From: the human T2T-CHM13v2.0 reference genome, Homo sapiens
Reading direction: 5' to 3' (one strand)
Length of the DNA stretch: 64,000 nucleotides
Assembly: GCF_009914755.1 (NCBI RefSeq)
Contig: NC_060929.1
Shown: positions 35,610 to 49,519 of the stretch, piece by piece
How the letters are laid out: each line of letters begins with the position of its first letter
Position numbering within the stretch: position 1 is the stretch's first letter
Notes under the pieces: model-generated
The model's database searches: none
What the model was told of the DNA's origin: nothing
What the model saw: the letters and a program-made list of their open reading frames with translations, nothing else
Made by a program: the position numbers and the translations under genes

Positions 35610-36140
35610 TCTTCTGATTTCCATCTGGGTATGTAGGGCAGCCTATTTACCCTCTGCTTCTTCATATGTAGTATGGAAAAAATAATCTGCCTCTCACATT
35701 TATTATGAGAATTAAACTAAATAGAATAAAATAAGTAGAGCTTATTTTATTAATTTAATTAAACCAAGTAGAATAAATTTAATTTAATTAAACCAAGTAG
35801 AATAAAATAAGTAAGCCACTGCCTGGTACATGTTATATCCTCCATAAGGGGACACATTATTTCTGATGGTGACAGTGATTGTGATGACGGTGGTGGTAAC
35901 AATAGTAGCAAAAACTCACATTTGTTTCACCAAGGACTCTCGTAAGTCCCTTCTAGGCATCATCTCATTTTATTTTGCAATCACCTGAGGAGGTGTGTAC
36001 TATATTATATATAACATTCTGAATTTATAGATGAAGACAGTGAGTTCTAATGAGCTTAAGTATCTGCTGGATATCATGACCTAGCAAGTAATAAAGTCCG
36101 GGAATGGAGCTGAAATTTTACTGACTCCCAAGCCCTCTCT
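35610..36140. mobile_element. Two MIR remnants in opposite orientation
   Basis: Sense-like core at ~35610-35850 and antisense-like core TTTATAGATGAAGACAGTGAG at ~36025. Confidence 0.55.
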
Positions 36141-36927
36141 AAATCACCATGTTACTTGTTCCTTTGAGCCAGGAGCCAGGAAGTCTGCTTTATCTGGTTA
36201 CCCAGGGAGGCAGATTACCCAATACATTCTCAACATCATTCCTTGAAGTATGCTTGGTAGACTGCATACACCAGATTTACTTTCAGAACCAAAACCTTAG
36301 GGTAGAGCCCTCAATATTCATTTTATTTATTTATTTTTGCTGTTGTTTGTTGTTTTAATTTTTTTAAAAAACATGCTACCCAACTGAACCTAATATACTC
36401 TGACTTTGGAGAAACAAAAGCTAACCGTTCCAATTATGTGGCAGGAATACAGACAGATAAAATATGCCTTGGCTACATCCCACCCTCACATGCTTGTTTT
36501 TTCTATCAGAATGACTAACTCTCCATTTCCAGGTTGATTTTATTTTATCCCTTCCACTCCCAGGCATAAGCTATAACATCATACTGTACTTGCCACCTGT
36601 AGCTGAGGACACATTCCAGTGATGACTTTGTATTACTCTCGTCCCTGACCTTTATATTATGCTGGGAGTTTAGGCAAGGCTGAATTTGGATTTTCCTCAG
36701 TCTAAGTCATTAAAGAAGTCATAAAGGACTGGGTCTTCTGGATGTTATGTAGTCCCCCTAGGCACATAAATTCTGAAGTGTATGTAAGCTGGCTCTGGAC
36801 CAAGAAATTGGGCTATTTATTTCTCTCTGTCTCTGCTTCTCAGGCTCTCTCTCCCACTGCCTTCTTCCTGCTCATTCTCTTCTTTCCCTGTTTCTATGCA
36901 TCTGTCTCTTTCTGTCTCAAACAGACA

Positions 36928-36946
36928 ACACACACACACAGACACA

Positions 36947-36986
<40 letters not shown>
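36928..36986. repeat. (CA)n microsatellite
   Basis: Direct reading. Confidence 0.95.
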
Positions 36987-36987
<1 letters not shown>

Positions 36988-38040
36988 TTAGGAAGCAGGA
37001 AGGCATCAGGTCCTAGCTGTTCCATGGTACTGAGATCAATCAGGGCAAAAATGAGAGTTCATTTCTTACTTGCTTCTCTGTCTCCAGCCATGTCCTTTCT
37101 ATCCCTGGTGCCTCACTGTCTTTAGGACACTACACATTTATTCTTAAAACTTTCTCAACTGCCTAGTACAGAAGAAAGCAGAACATTGAAGGACCATCAC
37201 AGCCTGTACACATGAAGGTCAAATGCTTCCCCTGTGGTTAGCTTGCCATGTAAATTCTTTTACTTGCTTTATTCTGGTTGTAGCAATTCAGAATATGTGT
37301 GTTTGGAAACTCCACAGAAACAGGTCATCTGTAATTCACTACAGCATCCCTCTCCTGTAGCTACACTTGCATGTAAGGTACAGCAGTAGGAGTTTTTGTT
37401 TCTGTTTTTGTTTCGGCAGTTACCACGTTCCTTGGAGAATTAGAGCAAGCAGAAGAAACTAAATCTCTCTTCAATGCACCCTGCTCAGATAAAATGGGAA
37501 GCAGACAAAAGCCTGTTCAATGCCACTCAGTCTTTGTCACACTCTAGACCTAGCTTACACTTGTACTAGAGGGTTGTTGATTTAACTTACATTCTTCCTT
37601 TTCAAATATGCATTAAGCAGGATCAGCAGGAAATATGAGTTTTCCCCCTTTTCCCTCCAAAGTTTCCTGTTGGTGGACTTTCCACAGATGTTTTTGTTTG
37701 TAGCAGCAAGGCACAAACAACTTACTGCTCAGAAAAGAAGCAAACAGCTTGGCTAATAGCAATGCAGCTCTGATGAAAACTCTCCAGTGAGTCAAGGAGG
37801 GAATGTGGTTATTGTAAACATTTATCCATCAGGTAGTGGGTCTCTTTAATCCCCCACTCTGCCGAACTTCAGTGAACCCCTGAGGCAGGCCCCTGACCAA
37901 CCTGCCAGGACTTCAAAGGGAGCATGCCTGGGAAGCGTGTGGCTCTGGTGGGGTGCAGCCCCTTTCCTGGGGCTGGAAGGGCTTAACTCATGCTTACAGA
38001 GTTTGAAGGGAGCCCCATCTCCATAGGGCAGTCCGCTTGG

Positions 38041-38212
38041 GGTTAGGATTGCCAGATTTGGTAAGTAAAAATACAGAACAGCCAGTTAAATTTGAATCTC
38101 AAATACACATTATTTTTTTTTTAGTATAAGTATGTTCCACACCACATATGAGACATACTTATACTTGTTTATCAGGAATTCAAGACTAACTGGCTGTCAG
38201 GTATTTCATCCA
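38041..38212. mobile_element. MER53-like palindromic MITE
   Basis: GGTTAGGATTGCCAGATTT...CAGTTAAATTTGAAT, with central inverted repeat AGTATAAGTATGT...ACATACTTATACT. Confidence 0.85.
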
Positions 38213-39539
38213 ACATATTCTGTTAGGGTTCCTCTCTTTGACAAGCCATGGGTTTTTTCAGGATTATTTCTTTCAGGGATCATTTTTTCTCCTTGCAGCT
38301 GGACCTATTGGGCTTTGCATTTGGAAACTCTGAAAGTGAAATATCCTTTCCCTCACTCTTTTCTCCGGAGGGTATCCAGGTGTATAGATCCAGTAAAGTC
38401 TTTGATTTCACTTTCTGGCAGTAAATCCTTAGCATGGAGCCAAATTCTCCCAGTGGACAAGTTTCTCTGTGGGAAAGGGTGAGGCAGAGCCAAAGTTATT
38501 TTAACTCTTTCAAGCCCCCAGGATTCCATTTTGTAGAAGACACTCTCAGGACAGGAATGCTCCAAGAGGCTAACGGCTTCACCCAAAAGTCTCATTTGAT
38601 CAGTGTCTTCTTAGAATCCCAGCTTAGTTCATCACAGATCAGGTGTGGAGGGTACTTTTGCTTTATGTATGAATCAGATCGGTGCTGATGGCCAAACCCA
38701 TCATTAGTGTTTTCTTAATGCCAGCAACAATACCAGTATGCCTGCTTGTGGTGACCTAATAAGTCAGCCAGGGAATGGTGCTGAAAACATCTTGTTTTCC
38801 AGGTTCAGACCTATCACTTGTAGGGAGATTTTAAGTTGTGTTGCATAGAACCCAAGGTGTGGCTGAGCAGCCTGGATCCTGGACCCCCTCAGCAACATGC
38901 CAACCAGAGTGGCTCCATTCATAACTGTTATATACTTAGGGTTTTATCTAATGCTGTTTGAAATAAGGGTTCTTTGGCTGCAAGCAAGTTTGAAAACAAC
39001 TGAACTAGGATGAGCTCTAACTTCTCTTTTGACAGTGTCCATATTTAGACAATGCTTTCTCCAAACCCTCCACATGGCATTTGTGGCTGTCTACGCATTA
39101 ATGCCATGTCCCTTGTTTCCCATTACCAACCTGTGTTTACTTTGGTTCCATTCACAATGCACTGGGAACGTTTGTTCCCTAAACAGCCCACTCTCCTTTA
39201 CTCTTCTACTTCTCTGTTTTGCAAAACTCTTCTTATCTTTCCAACCCTGATTCAAATTGGTCCTCCAGGGAGAGGTACCCAGCTCCCCCTTCTCCGAGAG
39301 TTGGAAATAAGCTCTTCTTCCTGCACACTGCCAGACAGTTTTGTTCATATCCATGCTACGAACACACTCCTCATTCATTGTTGATGCAGCTGCCTCTCAG
39401 ACTTGATTTTAAGCTCTTAGAGAGTAGGAAACTGCTCTCTGTGTCTCTCACAAACCCAGCATGGGACATTGCATGCAGCAGTGCGGGACAAAAGTTCATT
39501 TCGCCTAGCCTGCTACTTTTCTCCATCTCTCCTTGCTGA

Positions 39540-39805
39540 ACTTCCCACCCTCAAGAACTAAATCAAAAATAGCTTTCTCCAGGATGTCCTCCCTGACTCT
39601 CCGTTGTCACCAGACACATCATAGGCACTCTTATTATATTATCACGTTCTATTTATAATTGTTTATTTAGATGCATGTCTCCTTACCACAAAGTGAGATC
39701 CTTGATGGCAGAAACCGTCCTATTCATCTTTGTAACGAAGCCCAATATCTCACGTGGAATTGGTACTTAAATAATGCTTATTGAATGTATGAGTGAATAA
39801 ATGAA
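39540..39805 (+). mobile_element. L2 3' end
   Basis: GTGAGATCCTTGATGGCAG...AATGCTTATTGAATGTATGAGTGAATAAATGAA. Confidence 0.7.
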
Positions 39806-39884
39806 CAAAGAACTGATAAAAAGACCAAATGAACAAAGTTTGATCCACCACTATTTCTTATATATTAACAGTACAGTTAGGAAA

Positions 39885-40130
39885 TCTATTGTGTAGTAGA
39901 TTAAGAACTAGGCTCTGGACTCTGATTGCTTGAATATGAATTCCAACTTTTCCACTTACTAGGTGTGTAACTTCAGGCAAGTTAACCATTTGTGCCTCAC
40001 CTTTATCTCCTATAAAATGGGAATAATTACTCCATTCTCCTTCTAGGATGTTTATGAAGATTGCATTAGATAATCAAAGTAAAGCACTTCTCATAATAAG
40101 TATATACTAAATAAATGTTAACTATTATTA
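39885..40130 (+). mobile_element. MIR SINE
   Basis: GGCTCTGGACTCTGATTGCTTG...GGCAAGTTAAC...TATAAAATGGGAATAAT. Confidence 0.75.
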
Positions 40131-41409
40131 TTGTGATTGTTATTACTGTAGTTAGTGCAACTAAGTCAAGGAAGGCTACTATCCCTGTTAAAAAGACAAT
40201 AATTAGTATATCTGTAGCAACATGAACATGAACTTATTTCCAGCATTTCTACAGTATATGCAATAGGCATATATATATATGCTCATTATTAAATGTATTA
40301 AGATATGAGTCAAATCCTGTTCTGGAACAAGAAAAAATGCCTTTACACAAAGGGTATAACAATGCCCAAACCTTAAGCAAATTGAAAATATATTTTTTCC
40401 ACTGACTCCATCACATCCTGTCCTAATGGACGTGCACTGACTATCCACAGGTGGACCTTCTCTATGCCCTGAGCAGCACCAGCCCTGTGACGGTGACTTC
40501 ATGTCTGTCTAGAGAGGTCCTTAGAGTCAGCACCTTGAGTCATCCAGGGGTGGAGTTGCAAAGGCTCTGACTATTTCAATAACAAGATATGGAGTCAGTG
40601 ACCTTCCATGGCAGTTGAATGCTTCTCCCCTCATCTCTTTCCAGTGGGGAAAGAGATTTTATCTTTTTATAGCGGTCCTTTTCTCATGGCTGAAATGCCT
40701 TAGTCCTGTTGATTCTTACAATGTCCCCAAGGTTTGGTAGCCTTTGGACCCTTCAGGCACAAAGTTATATTCTTTAAAGGCTTGGATCCTGGCAAGTGTC
40801 TGTCTCTATGAGGCATGGAAATGGGCCTGTGGAAAGAAACACATAGACCTTTGCTGCCAACTGTCTCCACTCCAAGGCATGTTTGTGGACTTCTGAGGAT
40901 ATGGTATGGGCTGGGGTTGTTGGATTGGAAAGAGGCAAGAGAAGATGGGTGAAGCTACAATCTGCCTGGGAAGGCCTTGCAATCCTGGAATATGTATAGA
41001 TTCTGCAAAGTCATAGCCATGCCAAGATCCACAAACCACCCAAGGCCAGCAGTTGCCTATTCTGAAAACAGGATTGTTCAGAAGCTCTCTTTCCATTTTC
41101 CAGCATGAGGGAGGTGGAGATAAGGAACATAGAGTGTTCTCTTGTCTGGAAAGCAAACATGGGATTTAAATTTCATGTGTGTCTCATCAGGGAAAAAATA
41201 TTTGGCACACGCTGGGAAAGTAGGATTAAGTTCCAGTAGGATTTGGGGAAAGAGGAAGAAACATGATTGTTTTTACTTTGACATTTCATGGCCAAATAAC
41301 GCAGATTTAAGGAAGAGCACTAGGTAGGGATCAGAAACTGGCCTCTATACAACCTTGCTGTGTTCTTAGAGCTCATTGTGCTTCAGAGCTCCAATCCATA
41401 AAGTGAAGG

Positions 41410-41545
41410 TTCTGTAACTTTTCAAATGCAAAAGAACACCCTGGGAGCATTTTTAAAATGCATATTCCTGGGATGCCTATACCTGCATCTTTAACAGGCC
41501 TCCCAGATGACTGTGATGAAGGTAATCCTCAGATCATTCTTTGAT
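41410..41545. mobile_element. MER5-like hAT MITE remnant
   Basis: CACCCTGGGAGCATTTTTAAAATGCATATTCCTGGG...CTGCATCTTTAACAGGCCTCCCAGATGA. Confidence 0.6.
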
Positions 41546-43150
41546 CTCTGTTATGAACTAAAGTTCCATGACTCGGTGATTCTGCATGTCAGCAGAGTAG
41601 TAAAACACTATTTCAAGCTTTAGGTGCTCATTTGGTCACAAGGCCATCCATGTCCATTAATCATGATGTTGTAACCTCCCTTGAGTGTTATGTATGTTTT
41701 AAAGCCATCACCTTTCAAATCATTTTCTAGGTGGGTTTATGGTTGCCAGTAAAAGGCATGCAGTGATGGGCAGAGAGAGATTTGGATATGTAAAACATAT
41801 AACTTTTCAGTCAGCAAGTGTAAAACTGAAGTGGGGGTGAGACCTGTGGGAGACCTGAACCTGGGGACGAGACAGATTAAAAGCCACACACAGGAAACAG
41901 CTGTAAACCTACTTCCTCCAAGTTCTTAAAGAAGGTTATCGCAAAAGACTCAGCATGTAGATCAATAAAATAGGTGTAAGTCCACTTGGTTATCCATTTC
42001 CTGAATTGTTATTATAAAGGAAATATAAGGAAAGGTTACTAAATCCTACAACAAATATTCACTAGACTATAGGTTCCATGAGAAGAACAGGAGCTACATC
42101 TTTTTCATCTCATATTCTCAAGGCCTAGTACAGTACATGGCACCTAATAGATGCTCACTAAAAATTTAAGGAATGGAAGAATGATATTATTCTTCAATCT
42201 AATGACTGTAAAGGAATAAAAAAATTAAATGTAAATGTCTGTTTTCAGTTGTCTCTCAGGTGACAATCTCAGAAAGTGTCTTTTGTTTTTAAATTGCCAA
42301 ATGTAATGTCTTTGCAATGCCTGAAAGTAAATTTGTTCATTCCTTTATGTATTCAGCAGATTACATCCAGCTAGCAAGGGGGCTATGAAGATGAAATGGA
42401 CACTATGCTCAGGGAACTGATGATGTGAGATGGAGTTGTGATGTGTATAAGATTTGAGAGATTTTAGGAAACATTTGGTAAAGGTAACATTTTTGAAAAT
42501 TACGTATATGTAATAGAACCTCTCAGGACAGGCCTTCATTCTGTCCAAAGGAAGAAAATGCAAAATTTCTTCCCAGTACTTAACAATCTAAGAGTGAAAG
42601 CTTGGACTCAAAAACAGGCACAAAGGTCATATAAACAGACACAAAGGTTGCTAAAAAATAGTTCAATAAAAATAGCTCAATTTGCCTTCCCATCTCCATC
42701 CCTCATGTTCCCTGACCCCTGCACCAAATACAAAAACCTCACAGGGCCCACTCTCCCTCAAATCAACTGCTTATCATAATCAGAGGGAAAATTCCAACTC
42801 AAAGTATTGAGAAATAAATAACAAAATTTCCAGGTAATTCAACACTGATAAGTACTGATACCATTTCTCATGATCAATAGTGAAAAGTAGACTTCGAGGC
42901 TGCTGACCAGACCAAAAGCAACTGCTTCACCTGTCTCCTCCCATTATAAATCTTCAGGAGTCCTGTGGAGGTGGGACCTTCTGTACACCAGCAGTTGAAT
43001 GCTGGTTGATCCAAAAAAAACTGCTGCTTCTAGAAAAATGTAGTGACCAACTGGAACTCTGACAAGAATATAAAGCCATGTCTGTCTCAGAAATGCAGAT
43101 GTCTGACCAGGCATTTGCTGTGGGTGGGCTGTGTCATTTCTTTGAATGAC

Positions 43151-43567
43151 TGATATAGTTTAGATATTTGTCCCTTCCAATTCTCTTGTTGAAATTTGAA
43201 CTCCATTGTTGGAGGCAGGGCCTGGAGGAAAGTGTTTTGGTCGTGGGGATGGATCCATCATGAATGGATTGGTGTCAGTCTCGTAGGAGTGAGTTCTCAC
43301 TCTTAGTTTCCAAAAGAACTGCTCATTGAAAACAGCCTGGCATCTCCTCCTCTGTATCTTCCCTCTTCTCTGGTCATGTGATCTACATATGTGAGCACCA
43401 CTTAGCTTTCTGCCATGAGTGAAAACTTTCTGAGGCCTGCATCAGAAGGAAATGCAGGCACTATGCTCCTTGTACAGCCTGCAGAACTGCGAGCCAAATA
43501 AATCTATTTTCTTTATAATTATCCAGCCTTAGGTATTGCTTTATAGCAACACAAATGGACTAAGACA
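43151..43567 (+). mobile_element. MaLR solo LTR, MSTA/MSTB-like
   Basis: TGATATAGTTTAGATATTTGTCCC start; TATAGCAACACAAATGGACTAAGACA end. Confidence 0.9.
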
Positions 43568-45005
43568 GTGCCTAAACAAACAGCTTTGTCTTTGCCTACC
43601 ATTCAGCATTATTCACACCTTCCATTCCCCTGTCTTTTTTACATTAAAAAAGTTGAAATTTATAGTGAGAATTGTTTGAGTTTTCTAAGTTAATTCTAAG
43701 GCCACTAATTCAGATGGTCACTTCCTTCATAGCACATCTGAGTGTATTTTGCTTTTGTCTAATGAAATTTTTAAGAAATGAAAGCCATATAGAGAAACTT
43801 AGGAATCCAATTCTGTAGCAACTCCAATTCCTCTAACACCATCATAACATCAAAGGTTTGGGCTAGTAATTCTGAAGAGACAATGAAACCTTTTAAGGAG
43901 TATTTAGAAAATTTGGAGAGGAGTTGTTTCGGTTACACAGTGATTGAGGGCACTGCTTGCCTTTAAGGAGGCTGAGAATGCCAGATCTTGACAATTTTAA
44001 CAATTCAACTTGAGGAAAAAATGTCTCAAGATTTGCATGAGTCTCTATTGTCCCCAAGGACAGTCCTGTAGCTAAGAAACCTATTTATAATTATCTTTGC
44101 GTAAAACCTTTGATTTCACATAAATTTAAAGATTTTTCTTTCACAGTTATGATTTAGGGCAACTTTCTGGCAATGCAACTACTATGCAGATTGATGGAAG
44201 GTTTTTTTTTTGTTTTTATTATTTGTTTTTGCTTTCTCAATTTCATTGGAACATTACCAAGAACTGTTCACCATTTTAGAAAAATCAGTCTTCAGCAATT
44301 GCTCATGGCATTCAAGACACAAATACAACTTCCTGTCATATTCATGGTGATATGGTGTACAGGGATGAGCACCTGACTATTCCCTTATGTCTTCAAGTGA
44401 AAATAGGACTGAGGATTTTACATATTAAAATAAATGTTTCACAATAAATTAAATATATTTATTTTTCACCTTCTATTTAAGGCATTTTAATTTTTTACTG
44501 TTTAATATTATGCAGGTAAATAAGTTATCTATGAATTTTATTTCAAGAGAAAAAAAGCAACAGAATTATAAAATATTGGTTACAAAAAAGGTAGTTGGGG
44601 AGAATATTACATTCTTATTCCTTTTTTTAAACCTGCCTAAGGAGAAATATTATACATAAAGCAAACACCTGTGTAACCACCATCCAGATCAAGAAATAAA
44701 ACATTGCTAACACCACAGAAACTCATTTTTTTTGCTTTGTTTTTGTTTTTGTTTTTTTACTGAAGGATGAACTAAATACATCTCCTCCAGCAGTGTATGA
44801 GAGTTTTTTGTTTATAAATTACATTTCCACATATGAGTGGGTTCCTTTCTGCACTCTATTCTATTCTATTGGACAATTAGTCTATGCTGGTGCCAATACC
44901 ACACTGTAACAATCATATAACAATCATAAGACTTGGTTTCTGATAAAGCAAGTTCTCCCATCTATCTTTTTAAAAAGTATCTATCTTTGCTGACCTTGTT
45001 TCCTT

Positions 45006-45097
45006 GAACAAGAGAAAAACAAACAACCGCATTAAAAAGATGGCAAAGGACATGAACAGACATTTTTCAAAATAAGATATACATGCAGCCAATGATC

Positions 45098-45128
<31 letters not shown>

Positions 45129-45905
45129 ACTCAACATCACTGATTATTGGAGAAATGCAAATCAAAACCACAATGAGATACCATCTCACAGCAGTCAGAA
45201 TGGCTATTATTAAAAAGTCAAAAAATAAAAGATGCTGGCGAGGTTGTAGAAAAACAAGAATGCTTATGCACTGTTGGTGGGAGTGTAAATTAGTTCAACC
45301 ATTGCGGAAGACAATGTGGCAATTCCTCAAATACCTAAAGACAGAACTACCGTTTGACGCAGTAATCCCATTACTGGGTATATACCCAAAGGAATGTAAA
45401 TAATTCTATTATAAAGACATATACATGCATATGTTCACTGAAGCACTATTCACAATAGCAAAGACATGGAATCAACCTAAATGCCCATCAACAATAGACT
45501 GGATAATGAAAATGTGGTACATATACACCATGGAATACTATGTAGCCATAAAAAAGAACGACATCACGAGATCATGTCTTTTGCAGGAACATGGATGAAG
45601 CTGGAGGCCATTATCCTTAGCAAATGAATGCAGGAAGAGAAAACCAAATACTGCATGTTCTCACCTATAAGTGGGAGCTAAATAATGAGAACTCATGGAT
45701 GCATAGAGGGGAACAACACACACTGGAGCCTATTGGAGGGTGGAGGACGGGAAGAGGGAGAGGATCAGGAAAAATAACTAAAAGGGTACTAGGTTTAGTA
45801 CCTGAGTGACAAAATAATCTGTACAGCAAACCCCAATGACACAAGTTTACCTATATAAAAAACCTGCACATGTACCCCTGAACTTAAAAGTTTAAAAAAA
45901 AACAA
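45006..45905 (+). mobile_element. 5'-truncated L1 (L1PA11-13-like) ORF2 end and 3' UTR
   Basis: C-terminal [11 protein letters not shown] motif; 3' UTR GGATCAGGAAAAATAACTA...GTACCCCTGAACTTAAAA. Confidence 0.9.
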
Positions 45906-46261
45906 AGAAGATCTACCTTTTCCTTGAGGCATTTTAATTTCACCTGCAGAAAATTATTGTAATTAACACACATATTCAGTGTCTTCCTCATGAATGGTGC
46001 CCCTTAGAATTATGCAGTATGTTGTATATGGTGACCTGGCCTTCCCTTACCCATCCCCAGGGTAGGTCAGGTTTCCCAGGTCTGCACTCACACAGGACCC
46101 GATACTACTTCTCTGTAATACTTGTTACAGTGCAACTGCTCAGTTACAATTCCACACAACACGATACTGAAAAACAGTATCTTTGTTTTTCACTGTGTAC
46201 ACATAGTAGGTGGGCAATAAATATTTTTGAGTAAATGAGTGCATAAATGAATTTAACTGTC

Positions 46262-46520
46262 TATGTATTTATTTGTATTTGTATAATTTAAGGCATACAA
46301 GTACAGTTTGTTACATGGATATATTGCACAGTGGTGAAGTCTGGGCATTAGTGGAATCATCACTTGAATAACGGACATTGTAGCCATTAAGCAATTTCTG
46401 ATCTCTCTTCCCACTCCCACTCTCCTGTCCTTTCGATGTCTATTCTTCCATACTCTATATCCATGGGTAAACATTATTTAGCTCCCACTTATAAGTGAAA
46501 ACATGTGATATTTTACTTTC
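46262..46520 (-). mobile_element. L1MA/L1PB 3' UTR fragment
   Basis: TTGTTACATGGATATATTGCACAGTGGTGAAGTCTGGGC...TTTAGCTCCCACTTATAAGTGA. Confidence 0.8.
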
Positions 46521-47457
46521 TGAAATTCTTGTAGGTAAAACCAAGGTGGGGTAGGCAGTACTTCTCCTAGTATCAAAGGGCAGTTACTCTATCCAGGGGA
46601 TCCAAGAGTTAATTACCTTTCTCCAAGCATTTCTTCCATGTTTCTCTGCTTCTTGAGAGTAGACCAGAATGGAGAAGATGCTTCAGGACCTGGCTTGTTC
46701 TTTTGTAAAGGCTCATATCTGCAGCTGATACTGCCATTGACCTTCCCAGTACTGAAAAATATGGGTAGCAAACTTCTAGAATCACACGGAATGATTTCTT
46801 TAGATGAGTTAGCTGGCCCAGAAAAATTAATGTTTCATTCTAATTTCTGAATGAGTCAAAGTAAATAAACATAGAGCCACAGTTGATGGAATTCATTCTG
46901 CTTGTGCTGAAATAGGAGACAGATGTTTTACTTTTTAGGTGAATTACGAGTGTTTTAATCAGTCCATCCCACCTTGCTGGTATGTAAGGCCAACACGAAG
47001 GCCAGTTGACACTAGATCTACTAAGAAATAAAAAAAAATTCATCAATTTTGATTAGTTGGTGTTTAAAGGCAAACCACCATCACTATAATCTTCAATGAT
47101 CAACAATAATAACAGTTCCCCTGCATTGAGACCTTACTCTATTCCATTAGCTCATTTTCTTGTCACGATAACATTATGAGATGAACAAAATTATCTTTAT
47201 TTTGAATATAGAGAAAACAAAGCAAGGAAATGTTAGGATTAATTTTCCTCAGGTGGCCCAGTTGCAAATGGGAGCACTGAGATTTGAATCTGAAGTCACA
47301 GACCTGCCTTTTCACAAAGGCAGAGGTACCAACCCAACCAAAGTTTCCTGAATGCCTTATGATCATTCAACAGGTGTGTAGACAAGAGCTGCAGTTGTCA
47401 CAATGATCAAGTCTCTTGTTATTTGATCAATTGAGTGACTTTAAAAAAATAGCAATT

Positions 47458-47767
47458 GGCCGGTTCTGGTGGCTCCCACCTGTAATACACCCAGCTCTTT
47501 GGGAGGCCGAGACAGGATGATCGCTTGAGCTCAGTAGTTTGAGACCAGCCTGGGCAACATGGTGAAACCCCATCTCTACAAAAAAGACAAAAATTAGCCT
47601 GGTGTGGTGACGTGTGCCTGTGGTCTCAGCTACTCGGGAGGCTGAGGTGGGAGGATGGCTTGAGTCTGGGAGGCAGAGGTTGCAGTGAGCTGAGATCGCA
47701 CCACTGCAACTCTAGCCTGGGCAATAGAGCCAGACTCTATCTCAAAAAATAATAATAATAATAACAA
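47458..47767 (+). mobile_element. Alu (AluJ-like) with (AAT)n tail
   Basis: GATCGCTTGAGCTCAG and GGGAGGATGGCTTGAG AluJ diagnostics; TSD ~AATA(G/A)CAATT. Confidence 0.93.
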
Positions 47768-49298
47768 TTGCTGTCTGTATCCTTCCTATGGCTACAAACA
47801 AATTTGAAAGATGACACAAAGGATTGTATCAAGCAAGAATTTTCCAATAGTAGTGTTTGTTGCTCAGAGAAAGAGACAGAGAAAGAGAGAAATGAAATGG
47901 AAGCATCTGTTTCTGCAGGTGGATAACCTGCTAGGTTCCTGGAAGCTCCCAATTTTTTCCCAGGTAAGGAGTCATGAGCCAATCACTTGCCACCTCTATT
48001 AGTAAACACCTGTAAACTAGCCTTCCTCATTTTCATAAATGGAGCATCAGCTGACTACCACTCATAAAGGCTTTACCATAGGCCATAGACTAGCCACTGT
48101 GCCAAGCACTTCACAGACACTAACTGGATGAATCCTCTGGAAACCTCATGACATTAAGTATATCTTGTGTCAGAGATGCTCTGGGTCACCCAACCACCTT
48201 CTCCTCCTGGACACCTCCTGGGCATCTCCTTTTCCTTTGAGGTCACCAGCCTTTTTTGAAGTTAGATCAGGCCGTATAACTGACCTCTGCTCTATAGGAT
48301 GTAGGCAGAAGTGATATGCACTGCTGTGGGGATAATTTTTCCCACAGCAGGCAGCATCCTTGAATTTGGGGGTTATGGTTATCCTGACTGACACTATTGC
48401 TATGTCATTTTACAGATGAAAATGAATGTGTATGATCTGCCTACATGCACACGTCTAGTGAGCTGTAGATCTTGGACTCAAACCCATGCCGGTTTGACTC
48501 AAAGACTTACTCTCCCACTGTGTTAACCACCATAGTTTGCTGCCTTGGAAAGTGGGATTACCACGATCACAAATCCAGTACCACCACAAATGCTATAGCC
48601 CTCATACTGATCCCAAAGAACAAGCAGCAGAAAATACTGCCTTCTGTTGCATACACACACAGAGGACAGAATTCTTTCTTTATCTGAAAGAGCACTTCAA
48701 TCTGCTCCAACATTTGTTTTGAATTAAGCTATAAGACTCTGTTATACTGCCTCTTTGGTTAATTCTAATTACTGTAAGAGAAAGATTTTTTCCATATAAA
48801 AAAGGATTTTAAATTTTTAATAAAAATTGTATGTACTGTCATAAAATGCAGATGGAGTGTATTTGCATAATATCAGGTTTCTCAAAGTTTAGTGCACTGA
48901 TTAGATGCTGCTACCACAATGAGAGTTTGGAGCTCTGCTGGGCAAGCTTTTATAATGCTGCTGCCATCTCAAACTTCCTCTCTTTTGGAAGTTCCACATA
49001 CTTTACTTTGGTGCCAGTGTCAAAAATCCTATGGAAAAATATAATCATTGAACAGACTCAGAGAAGAGATCTGCATTGAGGTATGTTGAAACAGGGAGAG
49101 TTGAGAAGATGTTTTGACTGGTGGAGAGGGATGGTTGATGCCTTCTTTGTCTTCTTCTTCAGTCTTAGGATGTTACACTACAGTTGCATGAGACCCATTT
49201 CCCCTCCCCTGTCACTACCAATTTATTTCGTGAAGCTGATAAAATTCTTCAATTTTCTGAGCTATAAATTAATGCCTTTCAGAGATGATCTAATAGAT

Positions 49299-49519
49299 CA
49301 GGGGTCAGCAAACCTTTTCTATAAGGGGCCAGATGATAAGTATTTCCAGCTTTGCAGGCCATAGGCTTCTGTTGCAGTTATTCAACTCTGTTGTTTTAGT
49401 ATTAAAAACCACCCTAGCAATTCATAAATGAATAAGCACGGCTGTGTTCCTATAAAATTTTATTTTCAAAAGTAGGTGATGAACTACATTTGGCCCATGG
49501 CCATAGTTTCTGACTCCTG
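49299..49519. mobile_element. MER58A-like hAT-Charlie MITE
   Basis: Terminal inverted repeats CAGGGGTCAGCAAAC ... GTTTCTGACTCCTG. Confidence 0.85.

Noticed and set aside
36100-43100. Cluster of 60-127 aa ORFs in the repeat-poor region as a host gene
   Set aside because: No recognisable domain, overlapping frames on both strands, low-complexity content and no consistent exon chain.
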